Positions 17,791 through 32,559 of a stretch of 64,000 nt of DNA are shown one piece after another. The DNA is from the human T2T-CHM13v2.0 reference genome, Homo sapiens. Made by a program: the position numbers and the translations under genes. Within the stretch, counting starts at the first letter, position 1. The number at the start of each line of letters is the position of its first letter. The notes under the pieces were generated by a model. That model saw nothing but the letters and a program-made list of their open reading frames with translations, did not search any database and was not told where the DNA came from. The stretch lies in assembly GCF_009914755.1 (NCBI RefSeq), contig NC_060930.1. One strand, 5' to 3'.

Positions 17791-18373
17791 CCCAAAAAGG
17801 CAATAATATTCTAACTAATAATATCAGTTCATTAAAAACAATTTATTTGCCTTAGACTTAGAAAATATATACGTGAATTGCACCTGAATTGGGCCTGATC
17901 ACAATGCTAAAGTGCTTCCTGTCATTACATAAAAGATGATGTTTTATACACCACAACCATCAGCAAAAGATCATTACTACTGCACCTCCTGTATGTTGTC
18001 AGATAATAACTCCACCTATCTGAGCTGCCAACACAGTGTCTGCTGCTTTATCACACATTACACTTCAGTTGCAGATGTTTTATTTTTGCTTTTTCTTCAA
18101 TTATCACAAGATTGTTTAAAGAAGTTACAAGACCTATGCAATAAAAACAGCCATTCGAAATTTCCATTCTCAATAAGAAATTAATTTATGCTTAGTCTTT
18201 TATTGTTATTTTTGCTCATATTTGGCTTATAGTCTTTTAGACAAATCTATTTCTAGTTCTGTATTGATTATATTATTGACAACCCATTATCTCTTATTAT
18301 ATTTTCATTTTAATAGAAAATCTTGTATTAAGATAGTTAATTGGGCCTCCTTACTCTTTCCTTCATCATATTA

Positions 18374-18702
<329 letters not shown>

Positions 18703-19279
18703 CTATGAATCAACATTAACATATGATTGTTTAGCTTTCAACCAATCAAACGAATGTCTTCCTTCAATATGTGAGAGCTCATATGTGTTAGTCACTTTGG
18801 GGCTTGTATACATTAAAGGAAGAAAGGGATGGGTGGATAAACGGATGGTGGGAGAAAAAGAGAGCTCTAGTTAAAGGAAGAATGATAAAGAGGTAAGGCA
18901 GGCTGCCACATTTAGAGGTTTGATGAGGCCTCTCAAGTTGCCAAAGCAGCGTAGGCTAGTAAAAGTGGGACTGAACACAAAGTCAGGAGGCTTTGATCTT
19001 GGATGATCCATATGAACTTGCTAGGTTTCAGATCTCAGCTTCACCTTACAATGAGATGGTTGGTTTTCAACTTTTCAAACTCTGATTCCATCATCAGCAC
19101 TGTCAAAAATAAGCTCAGAAAAATCACGTTACTTCTATCAGCTCATGTGTAGTGTCACCAAACATTGGATTGATAGATTTTTGTTTTAAAGATTTTCTAT
19201 TATGAAATTAACCAGGTCAATAAAATTTGATAATTATAAACAGCAATGTTTACATATTCCTCTCTCTATTCTGTTCTAA

Positions 19280-19610
<331 letters not shown>

Positions 19611-19664
19611 CTACTTCTTCTTATATCAAGATTTTTGTGCTTTATCTATATGTGAAAATTTTAA

Positions 19665-20168
<504 letters not shown>

Positions 20169-20189
20169 TCTGCTGGTATTGCTATGGTA

Positions 20190-21495
20190 CGATCACTCAT
20201 TCATTCCACACACTTTTTAGTGCTATGTGTCAGGCATTTACCTAGGGTCAGAAAATGCTTAGCAAATATTAACAAAACAAAGAAATCCATTATATTCTCA
20301 GAGCTTGCAATTTTACTAGAGAGAGACAAATATTAAGCAAACACGTCCATAAGATATACAGCATATTAGATTGTAATAATATATGGAGAAAAATAAAACT
20401 AAAAATAGGAATGGGAATTGCTAGTTATCCAGATAGTGATTTTATTGGAGAAGTCAGAAAATCCTAGGAAAGAAGTGACACTTGAGTAGAATCCTGCAGG
20501 AGGTGAGGAAGTGAAATATGGGTGTGTGTAGATCAAGTACTTTCCAGGTAGAGAGGAGAGCAATAGTGGAGACCTTGAGGCCAGAGCATTCTTAGATAGG
20601 AAGAGTTGGATGAAGGTGTCAGAGGATAATATCAGACAGGTGGTGGAGGCATATCACGTAGGGCTTCCTAGGCCATTGCTAGGATCAAATTTTTACCCTG
20701 GGCAAGGTGGGGAGCCATTAGAGAGTTCTGAGCAGATAAATTGCTTGACTGTACTTACACCTCTGGAAAGGATCATACACTGGCTAGGTGGGCAAGGACT
20801 GACATAGGGAATCAGGTGAGAGGTTACTGTAATAATCCAGGTAAAAGATGACAGTGTCTTGAACCAGGAGTGGAGATAATGAAAAGTCAATTTTTGGATC
20901 TTTGTGGTTGTAGAATTAATACTTTTTTGTTAAATTTGATATTGGGTACAAATCAAAGAGGAGCCAAAGATGATACAAGATTTTTGGTTAGAGAAAAACA
21001 ATGAATTTTTTTTCTTCATTAAGACAGAGGAGATCTTAACAGGAACAGCTTTGGGACTGTAGGTCAGGAGTTGAGTTTCAGAGATGTTAACTCGGAGAAT
21101 ATTACTAGACTTTCAATGGAAATACTGAATTGGCTTTGGAAATAGGGTCTCCTACAGATGTCAAGGATAGCCACATCAATTTAGGAGTTATGAGCTTATA
21201 AAAGATATCTAAAACTTTGACACAAGAAGCACTTCTAGGAATGAGCCCTAGAACATGCCAACATTTGAAGGTTTTGGAAATGAGGAGAAGTCAGAAAAGA
21301 AGACTGGTCAGTGAGGAGGCGGGAAGATCAGGAGAGCGGTGCTTCAAGAGTCCTTTTGAGGAAGCAAGGACTAGCCATGTCTAAAAGCCGTAGCAGTTAC
21401 AATAAGAGGTGGGATACAAACTTTGGTTTTGACACAAGTTGGCTGAATGTAGTAGCAGGAGTGAAAGCTGGTGGGAGTTAGTTGAAGAACTTGAG
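20190..21495 (-). mobile_element. L2a LINE fragment
   Basis: cactcattcattccacacacttttagtgctatgtgtcaggca (L2 3' end, antisense) followed by a long run of L2 motifs. Confidence 0.8.
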
Positions 21496-21581
21496 ATTCC
21501 TGTGATCCTAGAAGGCATTCCTATGACTCTAGTATTAGTTCTGTCTCTTCAGCAACCTTTCTGACACAAAGGATGCTATAT

Positions 21582-21797
21582 ATATAGCATGTGTGTATAT
21601 ATAGCATATGTGTATATATACACACACATTTATAAAACTTAATGTGTGTATATAAACATATATACATATATTATATATTATATATACACATATAAACATA
21701 TTAACCTTAGTATGTTTATATGTGTATATATGTGTCTATAATATAAACCTTAATATGCTTATATGTGTATATATATAATAATAATTATTATTATTTT
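21582..21797. repeat. Compound (TA)/(TG)/(TAA) low-complexity tract forming the tail of the adjacent Alu
   Basis: Lies between the left TSD copy and the Alu body. Confidence 0.8.
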
Positions 21798-22078
<281 letters not shown>

Positions 22079-22861
22079 AAAGGATGCTATATTTACAGAA
22101 TGTTTTATTTCTGTTAATAAAAGGAAGGATATTAGTGCTGGCAAAAGCACGTCATTATTAACTTTATTATCTCTTCCCTACTAGAGATCAACTCTCTATC
22201 TCCTTCTTCTTAATTCCTACTCTTGGAAAAAGAGAGGTAACACAAGACAGGTACTTTTGAGAGGGGCGAGGAGAGATTTGGGAACAAACAAATGTGAGTG
22301 GCTGATATCAGCCTGGCTGGATGGAAAATGTATAGTGAGAGCAGCATGGGTGACTGATCATCACCAGGAGAGCCCTGGATCCTCCCTGGAAGAAGCAGAG
22401 GAGGGCAAGCAAGGCATTGAGGATGACAAGGATACAGACATTCAGCCTGATTATTTTGCTTATGTTTGGCTCTGATGAGTGCTGTGAATGCAGGTCCTAT
22501 CAGCAGCAAATGATGGCTTTGCCTTTAGCTGCCCTAGATTGGTATAAACACTTGGTTATGCCCTGGTCCAACCAAAAGTTACAATAACGCTCACAGAGAG
22601 ATTCAATTAGCTTAACAAATTATCAATTTGTAGAGTTCCTTGCACATGTAGTAACATGCCCACAAAGCATCTCTTTGTGATCCAGCAGCTGTCCCGTCCT
22701 CAATTCACAGCTTCATTAATCATGTGCTCTGCTTGCTATTGTCTAAATTACGGAGCCATTTGAGATGGGAAAAACACTGCAAGGAAACGCTGCCTACGCT
22801 TTAAGAAGTGAAAAGGGCCACAAATGAGAAAACATATTTTTGAATCAATGTTAACATATTT

Positions 22862-23305
22862 TTGTTATTTTTAATTACAATTTAACACAGCTACATGGTT
22901 ATATATATATAAATGTTACATATTGTTAATATACATATTATCTATAAACATTCCATATAATGTTTATAGATAATATGTATATATAACAATGTGGCTATGT
23001 TAAATTGTACTTAAAATAATAACTATATATTTAATTGTTATGACAATTGTATATATAATTGTCATAACAATTATATATACATACAATATAATATATAAAA
23101 AAGAATTGTATATGCAGTATACTTATGATTTGATTAAATATAATAAATATAACAAGATATAATTTTCAATTATATAATTATAGAATGATATATTTAACAT
23201 AAATTGTGTATGTAATTATAAAATAATATCTAATATAACTTGCATATATAATTGTATTATGTATACAATTATAAAATAACAATTATATATATGATATATA
23301 CAATA
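22862..23305. repeat. AT-rich palindromic / inverted-repeat cluster
   Basis: Perfect 24-bp arms 22929-22952 and 22959-22982. Perfect 17-bp arms 23032-23048 and 23057-23073. Imperfect outer arms. Confidence 0.88.
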
Positions 23306-24166
23306 ACACCAGACTGCAAACACTATTTTTTTACTTTCTTGTGTATTCTTCCATTAATACTTTTTTGCACGTCAAATATCATAAACTAAGTCAAAAAGGA
23401 AACGAAAAAGCAACTGTTTTCTCAGAGAGATTTTGTTGTTGCACTTAGAGAAGGAAAACTTGATGTCACTATCTGGAACTCTACTGCAAACTGATCAACC
23501 AAAGCCATTAAGTTCAAATGCCCTGAGTGTGACCTGTCTTGCCAGCGAGTTATTCTGCTTCTTGGCTTCCTCTTCTTGTAGGAAGAGATGAGGAAATGAG
23601 GCTGAGGAATTCAAAGTTTCTCTGGTGCCTATGTCTCACCTTGTTTTCAGCCTATAAAGGATGGAAGGTTGAAGTGGCAGATATTGCAGGTTGTTGGATT
23701 TGTTTTCAAGGGTAAAGGGAAGGGCACATAGAGCAAAACAAGCAGGCAGCCCTAGATGGTTGTGAGCTGTACCATAGAGCCCCAGGAGTGCAAGTTTCCA
23801 CCTTCTCCTAGTATCAGACTCCCAACTTCTGGATCTTCTCTAAGTAGTGATGCTGGGCAGGTGATACAAGTGGATGTATAACTAGGTGTTGCTTTCTTCA
23901 ACGGTGATTCCCAGCAGAGTTAGAAGAAGAAGTGACATTTAAAATCTAGAATGTCTCTCAAGTATACAAGTTCAAGTTAAGCTTTTTGTATACAAAGATT
24001 TTTCTCAGTGTTGTGCTGGAGCCATGCACACAGACTCAAGTGAGCCAATTGTACATCAATGAGGACATTTTTTTTCTTTTCATTTTTCCCCCAAGCAAGC
24101 CAGTGTGTTACATCCTATTCAATAACATAATCAATTATCTGTAGCAAAATTTCTCTCAAACTCTCC

Positions 24167-24578
24167 TCAGGCCTCTGAGCCCAAACTAAGCCATCATAAC
24201 CCCTGTGACCTGCACATACACATCCAGATGGCCAGTTCCTGCCCTAACTGATGACATTCCACCACAAAACAAGTGAAAATGGCCTGTTCCTGCCTTAACT
24301 GATGACATTATCTTGTGAAATTCCTTCTCCTGGCTCATCCTGGCTCAAAAGCTCCCCTACTGAGCACCTTGTGACCCCCACTCCTGCCTGCCAGAGAACA
24401 ATCCCCCTTTGACTGTAATTTTCCTTTACCTACCCAAATCTTATAAAATGGCCCCACCCCTATCTCCCTTCGCTGACTCTCTTTTCGGACTCAGCCCGCC
24501 TGCACCCAGGTGAAATAAACAGCCTTTTTGCTCACACAAAGCCTGTTTGGTGGTCTCTTCACACAGACGTGAGTGAAA
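24167..24578 (+). mobile_element. LTR7 (HERV-H) solo LTR
   Basis: tcaggcctctgagccc...two taactgatgacatt blocks...tataaaa...aataaa...ctcttcacacagacgtgagtgaaa. Confidence 0.95.
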
Positions 24579-24675
24579 CAGAGTATCTCCTAACTTGGTC
24601 ATAATGGGTAGACTATGGAATCCACAAAATTTTTTTCATTTGCTATTTCTTCCTCTTATTTTATGGTCATTAGCC

Positions 24676-24702
24676 AAAAAAAAAAAAAAAAAAAAAAAAA
24701 AA
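24676..24702. repeat. A27 mononucleotide run
   Basis: Pure A run with no attached retroelement body visible. Confidence 0.9.
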
Positions 24703-25183
24703 GATCTTATCACTAAAACAGACAGGAATGAAATATGTGCAGTGTAGCTTGCTCAGGCACGTTCTGTGCTTTTGTCTGTTCTTATTCTTATAGCTTAAAA
24801 AATGCACAAATTGAAGTTTTATTATAATTTTCTCTCTCAGGTTAGCCTCTCTCTCAATAAAATCTCATTCAATGTCACAATGACTAACTGATTTGCACAT
24901 ATTCTTCTGCATTTACTAATATAAATATTCTACTATTTGTCTTTTAAATGTATCCTTTCTTTTTATGCAACAGTGTTCTCAATAACAGGGTTGATAGTGA
25001 TAAAAACTGTAACAAATCTACTAATTCATCACAGCAGTTCAGGGAGATGCACATGTAAGTGTGTTCGTTACCTGTTATTTATTTAGCTACCAATTTTAAC
25101 TATTGATAAATGTAACTGTGGATAAGTTCCTAAGAAGTAATAAAGCACTCATGTCTAATGGCAACACATTTTAATAAAAATGA

Positions 25184-25508
<325 letters not shown>

Positions 25509-25689
25509 AAAAAAGACAAGCTTTTAATGCCTTATTTTATTTTATAAACCTGTCATACTTGTTTATGTTAAATCAAGATATACATATAAATGAAGATTTA
25601 AAATATGTCTCAGATCTTTAAAATATTTCTGTCAGTATGTTCAACATTTTAAATTATCTTCAACATCACACAATGTAAAACAGTATACT

Positions 25690-26090
25690 TAATCCACCCC
25701 TAGGTACCCAAAATAATTGAAAATAGGGACTCAAATTTTTGTATACCAGTGGTCATAGCAGCATTATTCACGATGGAAAAAAGATGGAAACAACCCAAGT
25801 GTTCATCGACAGATGAACAGAAAAACAAAATATGACATACACATATGATGAAATATTATTCAGCCCTGAAAAAGAATGACATTCAGAAACATGCTACAAA
25901 ATGAATGGGCCTTGAAAACATCATGCTAAGTAAAATAAACCAGACATGAAAGAATAAACATTGGATTATTCCATTTATACGAAATAGTTGGAAAAGGGCA
26001 AATTCATAGTAAAAGCTAATAGCTTAGAGGTTATCAGGAACTGCAGTGGAAGGCAGGGAGATGGGGCATTATTGCATAAAGGATACAAAG
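25690..26090 (+). mobile_element. L1MB-type 3' fragment, part 1
   Basis: catagcagcattattcacgat...ggaaacaacccaagtgttcatcgacagatgaa...ccttgaaaacatcatgctaagt. Confidence 0.85.
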
Positions 26091-27213
26091 ATTTTTTGTT
26101 GTTGTCCTCAACTTGTTTAATATGGAAAAGGGTAATCAAAACGGTAGGCAGGGTTGCCGTTTTTAATACATTCTTGGAATGTTGGCCATTCAGAGCATTA
26201 TTTCAAACAGATGAAGAGTTATCCAACTTTTTTGACTCAAAGATAGTTTGCTTAGATTTAACAATACTTAATTCCATGGGATTATGGTGGCTAATTTATC
26301 ATGATAATGAAATATAAAAATGTGCAGGCTCTGAGCTGACGACAGAAGTAAGGACTACCGTGACAGGAACAGTTGATGGGCTAAGAGGCAACCAATCACA
26401 ACATTATCATTCCCTTGTAACAAAGGGTTAATACTTTAACATAAATTAATTATACATTCATTATGGTGTTTTAAAATAGTCAAGCCTAAATAAATTTTTC
26501 ATACCATCAAAAAGATATACATACTAAAAACCAGCTTAAGCACAAAGTTTATCATTTGACAGCTCTAGGCCTGGGCCTTATACATTGACAAGGATCTTCT
26601 GCTTCTTCAAACTTAATATAATAAGTCTGGCAATCATTTTATATAAAAATAGACTAAATTTAAAACCTCACCAAACTTGGTGTTGTAGAAAATCAGAGAG
26701 ACACCCCAGAATAGCTAAAACCCATCATTCTCAAGTGAGCTAGCATCTAGTAACCTGGAGGGCTTGTGAAAACAGCTCACTGCACCCCACCACACCCCTT
26801 GCATTCAGGAGGCCGGAGGGGGGCCCGTACCTTTGCATTTCTAAGAAGTTCCTAGCGGGATGCTGCTGCTGGGCCAGGAACCCCACTTTGAGAACCACTG
26901 GGGCTAAGACAACTGTAAAAACTTAGCACCATCTCCATCACTGTTCAGTAGTAGACAACATCAGCTTTCTGTCATCTGCATTTATTCTGCAGGGGACCAT
27001 GTGGAGCTGGCCCTCGTGATACCACTGCTTAGTACTTTATTGTCAAAAGAGAAGTTCTGGGCTTAGCTAAAAGGGAGCACTTCTCTGTCAGCATGCAATA
27101 TAGTTTATAACTAAAGCCATATACAACATATTTGAAATGTTTTATTTAATGCTGAAAATTTTACCCTAAGTTACAAAAGGATGTAAAAAGAAAGGAAAAG
27201 GCACACAAAGTCA
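26091..27213 (-). pseudogene. Putative 5'-truncated retrocopy (3'UTR-only processed pseudogene or orphan transduction); parent unknown
   Basis: 13-bp direct repeat aaaggatacaaag at 26078-26090 and 27214-27226. Minus-strand ATTAAA at 26121-26116, then a degenerate A-tail (26104-26092). The host L1MB reads through when the insert is removed. Confidence 0.7.
26722..26900. mobile_element. MER5A (hAT-Charlie) inside the insert
   Basis: acctggagggcttgtgaaaacag...tttgcatttctaagaagttcc...cactttgagaaccactg. Confidence 0.85.
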
Positions 27214-27325
27214 AAAGGATACAAAGTTTTGTTTGAGATGATGAAAAAATTTTAAACTAGATAGTGGTGATGGTTGCACAACATTGGGAATATAATTAAG
27301 GCCACTGAATTGTACACTGTAAAGA
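27214..27325 (+). mobile_element. L1MB-type 3' fragment, part 2
   Basis: gatgatgaaaaaattttaaactagatagtggtgatggttgcacaacattg...gccactgaattgtacact is the direct continuation of part 1. Confidence 0.85.
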
Positions 27326-28244
27326 TATTGTTTGCAAGCTGATCTTTCTTAGCCTGAGTCACTTGCACATGACATACACAGTTCATTTGAGAGTGAGATA
27401 CAAAATATTCTGACCCCTAGAGGCTTCATCATTTTCTAGCCTCTTCTGCTTTGGTTAAAAATTGTTGAATGCATATTTTTCGTGTTGAATGTTGGGACCT
27501 TCCACAGTGATGAGCTCCGACTCTTAGTTTATTTTTCCTGCTTCTCACCTCAGTTCTTCATCCCCCTAAAACCATGGCATTTACCTCTATGACAAAAATA
27601 TGCTAATATATATATTTATTTTACCTATGCATTATATGGTTGAGATAAGCAAGATGCAAAACATAAAAATGGTTCACATGGCTGGAAAAGAACCCTCAGC
27701 CCTACAGAGTACAATCGAATGACTAACTAATGAGGCTCTAATAATTTCTCTATTCTTTTTCAAGTGTACATTTTCCCAACTGATCACTTTCTCTGAGTTT
27801 TTCTTTGCTGCAGCAGCATATTTAGAAATGATTTCTCTCTATGTGTGAACAGTAGCTTAATTTGTGTTCATAATTGCCTTGCCTCTCAGGCTGAATCTAA
27901 TAACTGACCTCTACACCACCCTCCACTTAAAAGTGAAGTCAATTTGGCCAGTATTTGTAAAACAATCATGGTGATGACCCTACGGAGAAATACAAAGATT
28001 TGCAACTTTGATTTTGGGGAAAGAGACTGGTAGGATGAATGTAAGGAGACTAATCCATTAGGTACCCCAAGACATCCTTCTCATGAGGAGAAGGTGCAGC
28101 ACAGCCAGAACCTCACCATGAACAATGTCATTCCCTTAAAGGGTTTTTACTTCTGGGTGACAGAAGAGTGGTTTGAAAGGTCATTAAAAGTGGACTATGA
28201 GATTGCCAAGGCAAACTCAATCCCTGAGACTATTAAGAATCAGC

Positions 28245-28559
28245 AGCTGGGCGCGGTGGCTCATGCCTGTGATCCCAGCACTTTGGGAGGCTGAGGTGGG
28301 CAGATCATGAGGTCAGGAGTTTGAGACCAGCCTGGCCAACATGGTGAAAGCCCATCTCTACTAAAAATACAAAAATTAGTCAGGTGTGGTGGTGGGCACC
28401 TGTAATCCCAGCTACTCGGGCGGCTGAGGCAGGAGAATTGCTTGAAACCAGAAGTTAGAGGTTGCAGTGAGCCGAGATCAAGCCATTGCCCTCCAGCCTG
28501 GGCAACAAGAGTGAAACTTTGTGTCAACAAATAATAATAATAATAAAATAAAATAAAAT
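28245..28559 (+). mobile_element. AluS (Sg/Sq-like)
   Basis: Full dimer with (TAA)/(TAAAA) tail. TSD aa(g/a)aatcagc at 28235-28244 and 28560-28569. Confidence 0.93.
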
Positions 28560-29032
28560 AAAAATCAGCATGCTGGAGAAACCAGGAAGGCTTGACTGAA
28601 GAAAACCTTGCAAAAATCATATGACTGGTAACATTTTCTGCCCTGGTAGATGACATCAACAGGTAATATCAGCATATAGCTCATATAACAAAGATGATTT
28701 CAGTACTTGCAGGCTTTCAGAACAAAAGGAAAAATTAGGTAGGAGTGGTCCGAACAACCCCATGGAAGACTAGAAATTAAGAGGCAGATGAAAATACTAT
28801 GATGTTACTACTTTATGGATAACTTCTAGGGAATATGAATTTACTTCATCTTGTTCTTGTGTGTTCTTCCAAGATGATATGGGCATGAAATACTGGATAT
28901 TTCACTTGAGTCCAAGAATGGTTACCTGGACTAGATTTCATTTACTTCTTTGTTATTTATAAAGCAAATGCTCCAAGCAATGTGCTGTTCACTGGAAATA
29001 CTAAAAAAAATCCAATAAAGGTCCTGTTTTTC

Positions 29033-29337
<305 letters not shown>

Positions 29338-30679
29338 AAGGTCCTGTTTTTCAAAACTAGTAGGGAATGAGACAATTAAGCAATAACTTTTGGTGTGGTG
29401 AGTAATGTGATGGAGGGTGCTCTAAGCATGTGGGTAACTTAGTCTGCTTAACCACTTATGGCAGTTTAGATAGAAGTCAAAAGAAATCCTTGGAGAAGTA
29501 AGTAAGGTTTACACTGATAAAAGAATATTTTGAATTAGTCAAAGGAGATGAAATTAGGTTTGGGAGAGGGGGTATTGGGAGGGTTTCTCGGGCAGAAAAA
29601 TAACACTGTCTTATTTTTATGAAGTCAAACAAAAGACAGCATGATGTAGAGATATAGTTGAGGATTTTTCAAAGCATCATCTTATTTTCTACAATATTTT
29701 ACTATATACTGCTAAAGTATATATAATTAAAAAGAGTCTCTAAAAAGAATTCTGTTTTCTTGAATTCTGAAATTCAGAGAGAGAGAAAGCCTTGTTGATA
29801 TTGATTTCTAACGATAATTCTAATGCAAAGTAATTTGTTCATCTTCTATATTGGTGTGTGTGTATGTGTCTGTATGTGTGTGTGCTTACAAAGACAGGAG
29901 AGAGAAAGGGGCAACAATGACTACTGATATGACAGAGGAGATGGAAGGCTATGTAATGTTGGCAGTGCATGGAAGGAATCGTTTTTTACCTCACAAAAGG
30001 ATATAGAATGGCATTTTCTGACACTTATCTGGGCCTATCACTCTCACTATTTGGGGGAGTGGTCCTTGGAAGAGTGTTAAAAGCAACACATAAGTCTTAG
30101 AGCTTATGAAGTGGTTATAGAGGCTTCTCCAAGGAGAAGAGCCCTTGTTCCCATCAAATGGCCTTTTACCATTATTTGGTGAAGCCCGTCAAGGACACAC
30201 TGCTGAAGTGTCCATGTGTTGGTTTCTTTAGGCTGGTGAGTGCTTTTCACAGAAGTACATCTCTGTTGCAAGCTCTCAGAAGTTTCTTTCCTCTTCGATC
30301 TTTGATGGTTGGTAGGTAGCCTCATTGCATTTACATCAAACAAGTTGACAACTTCCTGAAACTGAACTTTTTCAGCAATCATTCTTGAAAGTGGTGTTTC
30401 TTTCCATCAGTGGTTTCATAGACTTTCCAAAGCAACATGACTTTTTTTTTCTATATGGTCATTTATTTCACACATTATTTACAAACGTATGTATGTATGT
30501 ATGTATGTATTAACTCATTCAGCAGAAAGGTATCCATCATCCACTGCGTGCCAGGTGCTCTGGTAGGTGCTAGGGATATAATTTTAGACACGAGAGAAAG
30601 GAAAATGATCTCTGACATCATGGGATATACAAGCTGGGAGGAAGTATGAACTTCAAATGAGTAATTACAAATTTCAATT

Positions 30680-31232
30680 AGAGAACAGAAGTTTTATATA
30701 CATATAAAGGGAATTTCTTACAGAGATGCAAATTTACCCAAGGGTGGAAGCCGGTTAAGCAGTCTCTGTAAGACTTATGTTGGAGCTTCGGGTCTATAGA
30801 GTGGGCAGTTGAGAAAGAAAATAGACATAAAGTGGGACAGAGCAAGAATGAGCTGGAAGCATGAACTAAAGCCCTCAAGGACTGGAACCCGTGTACAGTT
30901 TTGTTGCCTCTGCTGTTGGTAGTGCAGGTGTCCTGCAGGATCCAAGGCTCTTCTTCACAGAGCTAAACACACACACCTGACCGGAAGTTAGAGGCACTGA
31001 AGGAGCATGCCAGAGAAGCTGATGCAGCTGCAGGACCAGCTGCAGCTCACAGTAGGGAGCGGAACCCACAGATCAGCACCAATGTACCTGAGCAACAAAA
31101 TGGCTGCCGCTTCACTTCCTGCATTTCCCATCTCCCACAGGAACCCCTTCTGTGTCTCACCCTAACTGAAAACTTATTACAGAATGGAGAATTCTGGGAA
31201 ATGCAGTTCAGTGGCACTTAATTGAAAACACA
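30680..31232 (-). mobile_element. Old ERVL LTR (LTR33/LTR41/LTR52-like group)
   Basis: tggctgccgcttcacttcctgc...gaattctgggaaatgcagttc is the reverse complement of the gaactacatttcccagaattc LTR 5' motif. Confidence 0.6.
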
Positions 31233-31459
31233 TTAAGAATCTATCGACGTAGTGTTAGAAAGCAGGATGGTGGTTATGGCAGGCAATGGGAGGAGACCAA
31301 GGAGGCTTCTGAGATGTTGGTCACATCCTATTTTGGGATCTGGATGCTGTTACACAAGTGTGTTCACTTTGTGAATATTTTTTGAGTGGTGTATTTTCTG
31401 TGTGTAGGTTATACTTCAATAAAAAATAATGAAAAGTCAATTAAAAACCCAATAATAAC

Positions 31460-31965
31460 ATAGTAAGCATTATACAATGGGGGAAATAAAGATACTACGA
31501 GAGCTAATAGATAAATAGAGGTAACCTAACTAGGAGCTTAGGAAAGAGCTCTATGTAGTTAATGTTTCAGGTGAGATTGAGGCATGAGAAGTAGCTATTC
31601 AGATGCAGGAGGTAGAGAGAGTTATTCAGATGAAGGATGAGAGTCCATTTATGAGCATGGCTGAATTAAGGAGAACCGTGGGAAGGGATGGTGCAATGAG
31701 GCTTGAAGAAGATGCGGAGGTTAAATAATGGAGAGCTCTGTGTACTGTGCAAAATCTTTTACTCTGGCTTAAGTCCAAGAATAATGCACCGAAGTCTTCT
31801 ATGTGTGGGAGTGATCTCTTCCGAGGCTTTGGAAGTTTATTCTGTTTGCAGACTGGAGGGGTAAGAATAAAGGCAAGGAGATCCATTCAGAGGCAGTTGC
31901 AATGCTTCAGGACAGAGGGATGAAATAGTTGCTAAGATTAAATGGATCAGATAGTGTTTCAAAGT
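31460..31965 (-). mobile_element. L2 fragment
   Basis: Antisense L2 motifs (ggcaaggagatccattcagaggcagttgcaatgcttcagg). Confidence 0.6.
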
Positions 31966-31967
31966 GG

Positions 31968-32530
31968 CTAAGAATAGCACAGAAAAACTTGGTTATGAAT
32001 CCAGGCTCTGTCACTTACCAGCTGATGGTTTGGGGCAATTCCTTGCCTTATGTGTGTGTCAACTTGCTCACCTGTAAAATTGAGATAATAATAGGATGTA
32101 CCCCATAAGATGTCACAGATTAGGTGCCTTGGGAAACAGAAGCCCAGAAAAAGAGTGTGCAGGAGGTGTGTTGTTCTTAGGGAATGAAAGAAGCAGGACT
32201 GGGCAGGGGAATGGGACCACTGGAGCAGGATGGTCCCCTTCACCAGAATCCTTTCAAATTGGGAAGGGAAAGGGGGTTTGCATTCGAACTTACACACTGA
32301 CCAGGAATTCAAAGGGACTGCAACATGGGCTGAGGCCCTTCAGCCAAGGGTAAGTCCCAGAGTGGGTCTCAACTGAGAAGCTAACACTACGAACAGCTGG
32401 AGCACAACAAATGCTTCAGTCCTGGAGGGAGAATCCATGTGGCACTCCTCTATAGAGCCCCCATAGAGGACTATTGGGAGAAGTAAGTGAACTAATGTCT
32501 AAATGCTGCTTAGCAGATTCCTGCGTATCA
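31968..32530 (+). mobile_element. MIR interrupted by an LTR16-like ERVL LTR (about 32111-32455)
   Basis: MIR core tgaatccaggctctgtcacttaccagctg...ctcacctgtaaaattgagataataatag, resuming near 32460. Confidence 0.6.
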
Positions 32531-32559
32531 AGTTAGCAATCAATGTTACCAAAAGGATG

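Noticed and set aside
24676-24702. A27 run as the tail of a retroposed sequence
   Set aside because: No upstream element body, nearby polyA signal or TSD found.
30104-30382. 92-aa minus-strand ORF in unique sequence
   Set aside because: No homology I can recognise and no exon or retrocopy hallmarks. The length is within chance expectation.
32340-32357. Strong donor-like AGG|GTAAGT
   Set aside because: It lies within an old LTR and has no convincing upstream acceptor.
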